This document shows positions 1 through 10,479 of a DNA stretch of 64,000 nucleotides, piece by piece. This stretch comes from Nymphaea colorata (taxonomy: Eukaryota). Under the pieces are notes generated by a model that was not told the origin of the DNA, made no database searches, and worked only from the letters and a program-made list of their open reading frames with translations. Both the position numbers and the translations under genes were made by a program. Position 1 is the stretch's first letter, and each line of letters opens with the position of its first letter. Location of the stretch: the NCBI RefSeq assembly GCF_008831285.2, contig NC_045138.2:35464001-35528000 (forward strand), written 5' to 3'.

Positions 1-1319
1 CCGTGGATGGGTTTGGCCTCTGAGTTAACCACCTTCATGCATAACTCTCTCCTCTCAAGGGTTAGGCCTAGTCTCCTTGCCTCCTCAACTGAGACAAAGT
101 TATGTGTGGCTCCCGTGTCTACCATAGCCAGGGTAGACCTTCCATTTACCAGGATTTCCAAGTACATGAGATCGTTAGAAGGTGTTGCTGTCACCTTCAC
201 TTTTTTCTCCCTTTTTATGGTGTTCAGAAGTTGAAGTGCACCCATCTTTGGTCTTTCCCCTTCTTCACCTTGTACCGCATTAGCAGATTGCCTTGAAGAG
301 CTTGCTTGATTGTCCCTGTTTCCACGCTTTGGACATTGCCTTCCTAAGTGATTGCCATCACAAAACCAACATTTCAACACTCTATTCTGAGAGTTGTCGT
401 TTCTGTGAAAGAAAGTTCTTCTTTCGACTTGGCGCTGAGTTGATGGTTCATCTTTTCGTTCCCTTCGATCATCTTTCTTTCCTCCATGGTCAGGCTTCCT
501 CGACGGCTTGAAGGCGTTAGTGTAGCTCTTGCGCTGAGTATCAGCCAAACGTTCTGCTACCACATAAGCATCCTCCAAGGTCTCCGGATTACTCCTTTCC
601 ACTTCGGATTGTGCCCACGACTGAAGTCCCAAAATAAACCAGTTCAATTTATCTTGTTCTTGCATATCTGGCACATCTAACATCAGCCTTTGATAGGCCC
701 ACACGACGTAATCTCGCAAGGATCCGATATGTTTCAATTCACCAACCATCCGATAGGCATGGCGTGTCGCATTCGGGGGCATAAAGTAAGTTCTCAACTC
801 TTGCTGAAAATCATCGAAAGTGTCTATTGTGCAGATCCCCTTTTGAATGTCGAGCCTTTTCCTTCTCCACCATGCCACCGCGTCGCCCTCTACCAACATA
901 GCCGTTGTCTTGACTTGAAGGTCGTCCCCCATAACGCCTTGCAAGTCCAGGTAATACTCCACTTGGAATAAAAAGTTGTCGATCACTCGACTATCCCGAG
1001 TTCCATTGTATTTAGCTGGTCTCTGAACGTCGACCATCGCTGGCCGATCGTCACCTCCACCTACAGAGATTTGTCGCTGTAGTGTGCGGTTCTTTACCTG
1101 AAGTTCCTTGACTTCAGCCTGTAACGCGGTCACTGTGTCAGTCAGTGCCCGATTCATGGCCACTAGGTCGGCCATTTGTTCCCGTAGTACCTTCATCTCG
1201 TCCTTCATTTCCCTGAAGGACTCAGCTGCATTACCCAACGCTTCTTCATGAGTAGTTACGTCGGTAGCCAGCTTGTTCACCATCTCGGTCAGGTCTTCCT
1301 GACCCTGTGATGTACCCAT
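1..1319 (-). CDS. Gag-aspartic protease portion of a Ty3/gypsy polyprotein (Galadriel-like chromovirus); continues off the left window edge
   Basis: Uninterrupted minus-strand frame from ATG 1319 to base 1: gag core (DSRVIDNFLFQVEYY...AWWRR...KLNWFILGLQSWAQ), zinc knuckle CWFCDGNHLGRQC (C-X2-C-X3-H-X4-C), then protease LMYLEILVNGRSTLAMVDTGATHNF. Absent from the ORF track because it has no stop in the window. Confidence 0.93.
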   Translation of the reverse strand, partial: MGTSQGQEDLTEMVNKLATDVTTHEEALGNAAESFREMKDEMKVLREQMADLVAMNRALTDTVTALQAEVKELQVKNRTLQRQISVGGGDDRPAMVDVQRPAKYNGTRDSRVIDNFLFQVEYYLDLQGVMGDDLQVKTTAMLVEGDAVAWWRRKRLDIQKGICTIDTFDDFQQELRTYFMPPNATRHAYRMVGELKHIGSLRDYVVWAYQRLMLDVPDMQEQDKLNWFILGLQSWAQSEVERSNPETLEDAYVVAERLADTQRKSYTNAFKPSRKPDHGGKKDDRRERKDEPSTQRQVERRTFFHRNDNSQNRVLKCWFCDGNHLGRQCPKRGNRDNQASSSRQSANAVQGEEGERPKMGALQLLNTIKREKKVKVTATPSNDLMYLEILVNGRSTLAMVDTGATHNFVSVEEARRLGLTLERRELCMKVVNSEAKPIH

Positions 1320-1482
1320 CTCGTCAGAATGGGCTACCCCCTTGCCCTTGGCACTTCGCAGATTGTATTGACTCGCCAGGGCTTCTTCCTCTTCGATCAG
1401 TGATCGTCGGAGGTCTCTTTCGATCAACGATCGTCGGCGGGTAGTTCTACACCGACTATCCAACCGCTTCCTCAGATTGCCG

Positions 1483-1500
1483 AACCTGGCTCTGATACCA
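1483..1500 (-). promoter_or_regulatory. Primer binding site for initiator tRNA-Met
   Basis: Minus strand TGGTATCAGAGCCAGGTT, 18-nt complement of the plant tRNA-iMet 3' end, 2 nt from the LTR end. Confidence 0.95.
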
Positions 1501-2814
1501 GTTGTCACGGGCTGACAACTTCGGCCCGTACGGCGCGGCAAGAACCTGATTGCCGCAAGCCTTCAAACCGCCGAACGGGGTGCAAAAGTAGTTTCAAAAA
1601 ACAAGTGTATAAAGAATGCTTGTGAATAAAGAAATCTCGCAATGTATTCGCTTGAAGAATTAGTACATCACGAGAAATATAAGTAAGGAGAATGATCTCG
1701 ACTTTACTTATGTAGGATGGTCGAGGCCGCTTACAGGATTCCCATGCCGACCACCCAAAACAAGAAATCCCAATACTTGACACTTAGACCGGTGGGAGGG
1801 TACTCCTTTACAAGTAAACATGCATAAGCAAATGACTCAACATAAGCAAAGGAAGCACAATGCAAAACAAAGCAAAGGACTGTACAGACTCCCAGACACA
1901 GGGGAACACATGCATTGATGAAAATAAAAAGATGAAGGCCCCAAAGGAATTTGCTCTACACACCATTCTAGGCATAAAGTATGTATATATATATCTTTGC
2001 AGTTTCTTGGTAGTTTTTACCTACATTTCGCTCAACTGCAGCATGCACGATTTACTCTTTGTTTTCGCGTCACGAAATTAGAAAGCGGAGAAGAGCGAAA
2101 GAGAATGAAGCATGTTCGTAGTGGGAACCACAAGTCCCTTCAGTACTTACAGCCGCATGAATATATAAAAACATAATGAAAATGAAAATCATGCATGATG
2201 GCTATACGTTACTTTTCTCTCTCTCACACACACACACAGATAAATCTCATCAAAATGGACGTGCTTCACCAGCATATTATTTTTATTTTTATGACGGAGG
2301 TGAGTCTTGACCATGAGAACCATGCTAACATGGGAAAGGCTAGACGATAGAATGACGAGGAGTTGGAATTTGACCCCACAAAATAACAGCTTGACTCAAC
2401 TATCTGTTCACCATATATTCTAGCAGTTTACGGTCGGTACAAATGTGGCTCGCTCTTGAGGTATCCTAATTCTCTCCGCCATCCTAATTCTCTCCGCCCC
2501 CATCTACAGATGCTTGCTTTTGAGTGAAAAAAAAAAAAAAAAACTAAAGAATAAACGTTTTGACATCCAATGTAATTCATGTTTATTCGTTATACGCTTG
2601 CTTGAAGGCCCATATCTTTTAGCATGCAACTGTTTACTAGTAATTAATATGTGGGTAGGTAACTATATACGTATAAATGAATTTTTGGGTGTTAACAAAC
2701 GGTTAGTTAGTATCTTGTCTATATATATCATTGGGTTAAACCGATCCATCACGACGTCCTCTGCGAGCAAAGCTCCTCCATGCTTGTTCAAATTTACCAA
2801 ATCTCAGCCCTGCT

Positions 2815-3221
2815 GATCGGAATGTTTAACCAGCGAGCCGAGCTTGACCTCATCCACCTCGAGTTCGGCTCGAGTCTCATGTTAAACAACTCGAGCTCGA
2901 TGCATGAGAATTACTCATTGGCAATCGTTTAACATTTTCTTATTTCTTGGCTTTGAAATTTAAGAAGAAAAACGAGGTGCAGAGCAAAGCCCGTCATTTT
3001 TTGCATTATGGTCCTTGGGTCTCACTTTGGACTAACAAAGTGTTAACATTTGAGTTAAATGGGTTAAATGAGTTAAGCAAGTTCAATGCTATATCATCCA
3101 GTCAAGGTTGAGTCTACTTTATAAACCTCGACTGCCAAGATTTTTAAGTCCTGTCAAGCTCAAGCTGGCTCGATCTCTAATCTCCATTTCTATAGGACAT
3201 CAAGCGCCTTAGCCATCCCTA
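2815..3221. mobile_element. Degenerate hAT-like MITE with CGAGC/GCTCG subterminal repeats
   Basis: Clusters of cgagccgagc/ctcgagctcg/ggctcg, ending in ...catcccta (reverse complement of TAGGGATG); same architecture as 61267-61752. Left boundary approximate. Confidence 0.55.
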
Positions 3222-4607
3222 AAACACAGTATTAACATTTGACCAAATGAAAACTGTCCGATACCTAAGCATGGATGGGGGGGGGGGGTGGGGGGGGGGC
3301 GGCTTTTGACCCTTATCTTGAGAAGAAAACGAGAAAGATGTTGACGTTTGGTGTGGGTGGGGTCTGTATCCCATCCACACTTGCACGCAAGCTATCACCA
3401 CAAGTCCGCTTCCGTTAGTCGTCCTTCACCCAACAGTCAAATTTTACACTTGGACGCCGGAAAACAGTAAAGATCTCTTGTGATTATTTTATCAAACAAT
3501 TGGCGTGCAGACCTAAAAGTTACATTTTATGTAAAATTAATCTGCAGCATCTGCCAAATAATGCCCAATAGAACTGCCACCACAGACATATGGAGGAGGA
3601 AAAGGTGTGTGAAGCGTCTCCGGTCTCCCTCATTCCCTAAACGAAGGAGAACACGGGACGGCTGAATTAAAGTTGAAGCTTTCTGAACGTACAAATTAAT
3701 TTGAAGAACAGAAACAATCAAATCTGGATTTGCACTTCCACTCTCATCCTTGTTTACAAGGAAAAACGAAAAAAAAAAGGAGGAACAGTTGTATGAGGTT
3801 ACAAGTAAGGTAAATGGAAAAAGAAGAGCATTCGAATAAAGAGAAAGGTATAAAAGTAGTAACGAAGAATGTCAAGCCATAATAAAAGGAGAAAGAATTG
3901 TGTTCAGGTTGTCTAACTTGTTCCAATCCCTTCGGATCAGACCTATAACCTGCCATTACCTGAACAAAAAGAACAGACAGATTTGATCTTCTCTCTCTCT
4001 CAGCATCCAACGCGGATAAAGAATGGAAGCTGCACATCAGAATATTCATTGGGGATGAGGACTAAGCCCACGAACAGCTTATTAATTTTTCAAGACAAGA
4101 TATTGCATAAGAGTGCATGCCCATGCCCATGAGAGTTCAATCTCGAGGTTCAATGTCACGGTGCCATAGCTTTAAGAAATATTATTTGGATCCAGTTAAT
4201 TATTCAACCCAATTGACTTAAAGGTACGCACTTCTTCGACTAATTAAACTCTCGGAAGTTTACATGATATCATCTCTTAAAGCAGGATGATCACCATTAT
4301 TGGACAAGGATGGGAAGTTTAAGACCTTTTGTAAAACCAAAACGGACATTTTATGTCGAAGCTCTATCTTGGTGGCACTCTGATATGTCTTAGTGGTCAG
4401 GGCTTACTCTCAACACAAAGGAAAAAACATAAAAAAACAAAAAAAACAAACAAACAAAATTGGCTACAATGTAGAATGCTTGAGGGATTTTGTCATTTTT
4501 ATGGAAAGAATATATATTCCCCATGGTATTCGGGTCAAAGCATATTACTACACCAGAAAAATTGCAACTCTTGAGAAAGTATTAAAGTGCATTGGTTACA
4601 GGTTCAC

Positions 4608-4651
<44 letters not shown>

Positions 4652-6276
4652 CATAGATTAGCTTTTCATTTTCAAAAACTTATGTCTATGTTTATCATTA
4701 CAAAAAAGTTAAACACCAAAAGACACACCTGCCATTTTGTCTGCTCTCTGTCCCTCTCTTCAGGTGTGTGTTTGTTTATTTATTTATTTACTTAGTCGGC
4801 TATTATATATGGACATTCGTCTGATTTTTCCCATTATGCGGTATCAGCTCGCCCAAATTTAATAGATTCGAAACAAAAATGGATGTATAAACTGCATGCT
4901 ATGGCCTCAATTTCCCGTCGATATCAAATTCATCATTTTAAAAATCTCATAAAATTCTATGTCCCATACATGCATCAGCATCGTCATCGAATTTCAATGA
5001 AAAGAGCTGAACGAACTAGGAAAGTTAAACAAAAATATTGCCCAATTTCCAGTGCATTAGAAAGAAACGTTGGCTGCACTTGTTAATGTCAAATGGGTCA
5101 AGAACTTGTTAATTAGAAGTAAACATCACCTCTGCTAATGCAGAGGCGGCAACGTGCGTAGTAGTAATCGGTCGCTAGCTACTTGGGCACCCAAACGGTT
5201 GCAGAGAAGTTGAGGAAGGAAGAGTTTTTTTTTTTTTTTTTTTTTTTTTTGGCAATTAATGGCGAGTCGCGATCACGCGAACAGGACGTCGGGACCTCCT
5301 TTCGCCATCTTCTCCATAACTACCTCACATGGGGGTTATGATAGAGGCGTTAATTTCCAGTACCGCATCTGCAATTTCAGCCAGTAATGGCGTTAAATTT
5401 AATGCTCCAACTGTAAACCTGCCGCCCTAAAGACGCCGGGAAGCAGCTCTCTCATATCGTGAACAGAGACGTTCACCATCCCAGATGTCCACTATGGCCT
5501 CATTCAGCCTCACCCATCTTCGTTCCTCGTTCTTACTTCTTACCTCATATCCTCTCCACAATTTGTTACAGATAGACTATCAATGTTCTTCAATCCACCC
5601 CAGTGACGCCTTGCCTTCAACGTCAAGATGCCGGCTCCAGCGCACAATAAAGCCTAGTACTGGTATTTGATGCTCCATAACTATTACCCATTAGAAGCTG
5701 TGTCTCCATTCATCAACATACCCATAATCGTGGACGCTGTTGTATATTACCCAGGTACGATCATGATCAGCATGAACAAGAAGCGTCTGAAAATATACGA
5801 ATGTTGCGGTATGACATTCCATTCTTAAAAGTTAAAACTATGCAATCCAAAAGCTTGATTCAAGTAACTACGTTAGGTCAGGTCCTCGAAATTCGGTCAC
5901 TTGATTGAATGATTTTCTGGCGCATGTTAGAGTACCAAGAGATTTTCATATCACCTAATGGTAGAAGGTACTGTTCCTTTGCACTGCGACGTCGTAAGCT
6001 TTTTCAATTTGGCAGTCCACCAGAAGCAACAGCATGACCAACCTGGTGGACGCCCGCCTTATTTACTTCATCTGCTTTAACAAACTGACATAACCGCTGC
6101 TAAACATCGTCTGAAAGTGAACGTACTAATAAATAAATAACAAGCTCTTATTACACGGGGAGTACGGTAAGAGAGGAAGGAAACGCGGAAGAAAAAAAAA
6201 AAGAGAGCAAAATGAAGTGGTCGAATCTCTCTGTCCACGAATGGAGATGACGAGTTGCTCTGTTCACGATATCCAC

Positions 6277-7799
6277 TCAGAATATGGCGATGGTGGCACT
6301 TGTCACGAACATAGTGGACAGCAAAAACGACGGTCTGAAGCCGAAGCGTCTGATGCTGTTGCCTTTGGCGGAAGAAACTCCGGTGATCGGTTCGGATGCC
6401 TCCGGGGCTGAAGTTGGGCTACCTGTACCTGCTTTTCAGAGTATTTGTCATGTTTCCTCGCTTACTACTACGAGGACACAACACCGCGGGCACAAGACAA
6501 CCAACTATGGAAGATCTGATAGGTAAAAAGTAATTTTGACTCTTCATTTACAGAATGAAGACCATTCGGGCACTAGGGGTCAGATCTCATAAATGGTAGT
6601 TGTATCTCATAAATAGTGGTTGTGCTATCGATCGACCATGCCTTAAGTGGTCAAGATCTTTGAGCGAGTCTTTGGCAAAATAATCTAGGCTTTTTTAACC
6701 AAAATAGGCCTTTAATCCTTTTCATGACAAATCCTTTATCGAAAACCCTTTTCTTTTGGAATGGTCCAGAGTTATGATTTTCTCATCTCTCTCCAGTCGT
6801 TTAGGCAAACATAATTCTATAGGCTATAAAAATTGAAACGAGATCACATGCTCTTGTTTCCCAAATCAGATTCTATATGCCAAATCCAAGACCCTTGCGC
6901 ACCGTCCCTTACACACGAGGAACGTGTGTTTTACATTGACATTGATTCTTGAGGTTTGAGAATTGGAGATTGCAGATCCATATAAACTGATTTCTAGAAA
7001 CACAATCCCATTATGCTAAATCTTGCTGTTCGAAGATTCACCGATCTGATTATTTGGTTAGCAGCAATTCCCAATCAATTCCCTAAAAAACCCGCTGGTT
7101 GAATATCTTACGATGCATTTACATTTGGATTTTTCTGCTGATCATTAATTTTTTTTGGATATTTTAGAACCTTGCGGGAACATTTAAAGAAAAAGGGAAC
7201 AACAGGCCAAAGGGTGAACGCTCATAATTAAAATTCTTGGACTTCTTAGAAATTTAAGGAAGCTCCTCAAAAAAACAAAAAGAGAGAAAACTCTTAAAAC
7301 AAGAAAGGAAAAAGTAAAAAATTATGGCTCAGATTGATCCTGTGATAAAACGAAAACGAAAGCTTCCAAATTAAGTGGAGAGAGAGAGAGAGAGAGAGTT
7401 ACCTGAGCAGTAGCCGGGAGGGAGAGCGGGGGCTTTGCAGGCGCCCGCTAGACCTAGTGCCCTCTTGCGATCGATGGAGATGCCCGGAGGATCAGGGGCG
7501 CCTAGAAGCTGGCAAAGGCAGGCGGGTTCCTTGGTGACGAGGTTCTTGACGCCAGAGCAGCACTCGGAACTGGGGGATGTCAGGTTGCTCCCGGAGCTGA
7601 TATAATCCAGGCAACTGAACGCACTCATGTAAGCGGCATTGCAGTCGGACGAGCCGCCGCCTCCTTCTGGGGAAGGGGAGGGGGATGCCGGTGCTTCTGA
7701 TGCCATCGGAGCTTTCCCCGGTGAGGGAGCCTCGGAGGGACCAGCAATAGGCACTCCAACCTCTGCAGCCACAGAAAAGAGTCAGTCCAGCCCTGCTCC

Positions 7800-7831
<32 letters not shown>

Positions 7832-9646
7832 TTACTTGAGCAGTAGCCGGGAGGGAGAGTGGGAGCTTTGCAGGCGCCCGCTAGACCTAGTGCCCTCTTG
7901 CGATCGATGGAGATGCCCTGGGGGTCAGGGGCGCCTAGAAGCTGGCAAAGGCAGGCGGGTTCCTTGGTGACGAGGTTCTTGACGCCGGAGCAGCACTCGG
8001 AACTGGGGGATGTCAGGTTGCTTCCCGAGGTGATATAGTCCAGGCAACTGACCGCACTCATGTAAGCGGCATTGCAGTCGGACGAGCCGCCGCCTCCTTC
8101 TGGGGAAGGGGAGGGGGATGCCGGTGCTTCTGATGCCATCGGAGCTTTCCCCGGTGAGGGAGCCTTGGAGGGACCAGCAATAGGCACTCCAACCTCTGCA
8201 GCCACAGAAAAGAGTCAGCCAGCCCTGCTCCAGAGGGCGAGAGAGAGAGAGAGAGAGAGTTACTTGAGCAGTAGCCGGGAGGGAGAGTGGGAGCTTTGCA
8301 GGCGCCCGCTAGACCTAGTGCCCTCTTGCGATCGATGGAGATGCCCTGGGGGTCAGGGGCGCCTAGAAGCTGGCAAAGGCAGGCGGGTTCCTTGGTGACG
8401 AGGTTCTTGACGCCGGAGCAGCACTCGGAACTGGGGGATGTCAGGTTGCTTCCCGAGGTGATATAGTCCAGGCAACTGACCGCACTCATGTAAGCGGCAT
8501 TGCAGTCGGACGAGCCGCTGCCTCCTTCTGGGGAAGGGGATGGGGATGCCGGTGCTTCTGATGCCATCGGAGCTTTCCCACCACTTTTTGCCGGTGCGGG
8601 AGCCTCAGAAGGACCAGGAATAGGCACTCCGAGCACTGCAGCCACAGAAGAGAGTCAGTACAGCCCTGCTTCAGAGGGGAAAGAGAGGAAAGGAGGGAGG
8701 GAGACCTGAACAAAGCGAAGTTCTAGCTTATGGGTAGCCCGCGCTAACGGACCATGATCGAGTAGGTAGATGCCTTACATCCTGAATAAACTATCCAATT
8801 TGTTCAAGACAGAACGGAACAGACCGTTTATAAAGACTGCCTATCAAAAAAATGTATACTCTATTAACGACAGAAAATAAATGATAAAATATAAAACCTG
8901 CTTTACAAAATTTAGGGGAAGTTGTTTGTAAACAGTAAGAAATGTCACTCGGATTTTGCATCATTGTTTGAAACAAAAATTATAACATTAATATACTAAT
9001 ATAATACATTTCTTACTAGGAAATGAGCACCAGATTGGAGATGTTGTCATTCTAAATGCGCGCGCACGAGGCAAGCGAGCTGAGGTCAACTTTGCTAGTT
9101 CCATCCGCATGTTCAGCCTGTTTTACAAGTTTGAATCTGGGAAAGGCTTTACCAGCCAGCTGAAGTCACTCGACTCAAGGGGTGAAAGATGGGAGAGAGG
9201 AAGCAGCTTGAAATTCCAGGGGCTAACTCGAGCACTCAACGAGAGAGAGAGAGAGAGAGAAAGAGAAAGAGATTATTACGTGAGCAGGCACTAAGTGGGG
9301 GAGCAGAAAACTTGCAGGCGTGGGGGAGGCCTAATGCCCTCTTGCGGTCGACGGGGATGCCGAGGGAGCCGGAGTTAGCTATCAGCTGGCAGAGGCACAC
9401 CGGACTGTTGGTGATGAGGCCCTCAATGCTGGAGCAGCAGGCGGAACCAGGCGACGTCAGGTTGCTCCCTTCAGAGACGTAGTTGAAGCAGTTCGCGGCG
9501 CTGACTAAGGCGCCCGAGCAATCAACGCCTGAGGAAGGGGCTGGTGAAGGAGACATCATTTGCGCTACGGCAGTTCCGGCCATCATCAGCCCCACGACAG
9601 CAGATGAGACTAGCACCATCAGAACCCCACACCCTCCCTTCCCCAT
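6277..9646 (-). CDS. GPI-anchored non-specific lipid transfer protein (xylogen-like/LTPG) with four tandem 8-Cys domains, about 536 aa
   Basis: Exons 9646-9280, 8635-8264, 8195-7836, 7762-7403, 6428-6277 (all GT-AG, all phase 1, 1611 nt in frame). Signal peptide MGKGGCGVLMVLVSSAVVGLMMAGTAVA; four C-X9-C-X16-CC-X12-CXC-Xn-C-X9-C motifs, each with an NLT sequon; Ala/Pro/Ser linkers; hydrophobic C-terminus ...SSAKGNSIRRFGFRPSFLLSTMFVTSATIAIF*. Confidence 0.88.
7380..8680 (-). repeat. Three near-identical tandem exon+intron units (period about 430 bp) inside the LTP gene
   Basis: Units containing exons 8635-8264, 8195-7836 and 7762-7403 align almost base for base, each preceded by ...CTGACTCT(T/C)TTCTGTGGCTGCAG and followed by GTAAC(TC)n on the minus strand. 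Confidence 0.97.
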
Positions 9647-9651
9647 TGCTT

Positions 9652-9685
<34 letters not shown>

Positions 9686-9770
9686 GGAGGAACGAAGATG
9701 GAGAAATGCGAAGCGGGTTATATCAATGTTAATTCGGGTGGGTGGGTTGGTTGGTTGGCCGAGGGATCGG

Positions 9771-9780
9771 TATTAAATAG
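9771..9780 (-). promoter_or_regulatory. Probable TATA box of the LTP gene
   Basis: CTATTTAATA on the minus strand about 125 nt upstream of the ATG, ahead of a (GA)n-containing leader. Confidence 0.45.
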
Positions 9781-10348
9781 GAAGGCCTCCCTCGTTGGTC
9801 ATCATCTTCAGCCATCACCACCACGTTCGTGCTCTTACCCAACCCTCTGGGGCAACCAGTTATCACCCAAAAAAATGACTTTCCTTCACAACCAGCAGCT
9901 TCCGGTATGACCACAATGTCTACGATAAAGCAGGGAACTTTCCACTTAGGTTTATTTCTTAGCTCGACAATCGAGAAGAAGTTCTCATGTTTTTAAATTT
10001 TTTGATGTATCCCACCCTTAACATGGTAATTACGAAACAAAAACCTATTCGTGTTACTGTCCGTAAAGATAAAAGAGCCAGTTAAGGTGGCGTTTTGATA
10101 GCGTGAAACGCTTCACAAGTTGAAAAAAACACTTCACACTTCTGCTGTACAGAAAGTCGGACCTTTTCAAGAAGAAAGTTGGGACCTTCCAAGTGCCATG
10201 TGCTTGATCGCAGCCTGTTATGGTATAAAAGCCTTTTAACAAAGAAAAAAGGGTGCCCTCAACATTGAATGCCTCTTTAGGTGGGCACTAGGCCTAGTCG
10301 ACTCAGTTAAAATAAAAATATATATTTTTAAATATAAAATAATATATA

Positions 10349-10479
10349 AATCAAACAGATGATTAGCATTTAAGTGAATCAAACCGATGATTAGCATTTA
10401 TGTGAATCAAACCGATGATTAGACTCCTGCCATTGCTCCATTGCTTGCAGTAGCATTTAAGTGAATCAAACGGATGATT
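10349..10479. repeat. 28-bp tandem repeat (about 4 copies) upstream of the LTP gene
   Basis: Unit aatcaaac(c/a/g)gatgattagcattta(a/t)gtg at 10349, 10377, 10405 (partial) and, after a unique insert, about 10451-10479. Confidence 0.85.

Larger units (their letters stand above)
1..1960 (-). mobile_element. LTR retrotransposon (Ty3/gypsy), 5' part: 5' LTR + PBS + gag-pol start
   Basis: PBS at 1483-1500; inner LTR end is TG at 1503 on the plus strand (TGTCAC...). Outer LTR end uncertain: candidates ...TGACA at 1782 or ...CTACA at 1960. The 3' LTR lies outside the window, so no TSD check is possible. Confidence 0.85.

Noticed and set aside
7..971. Plus-strand ORFs at the window start
   Set aside because: Antisense shadows of the retrotransposon gag-protease frame.
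3276..3299. Poly-G run (and poly-C at about 55582-55607) as a functional G-quadruplex
   Set aside because: Simple homopolymers of unreliable length with no supporting context.
7371..8713. ORF-track proteins suggesting three separate LTP genes, plus antisense MQSDEPPPP ORFs
   Set aside because: Their starts are GTG/TTG codons in introns or on the antisense strand, they lack signal peptides and run into microsatellites; the spliced single-gene model explains all of them.
10349..10479. Repeat-spacer-repeat pattern resembling a CRISPR array
   Set aside because: Eukaryotic context, mostly head-to-tail copies with a single insert, and no cas genes; it is an ordinary tandem repeat.
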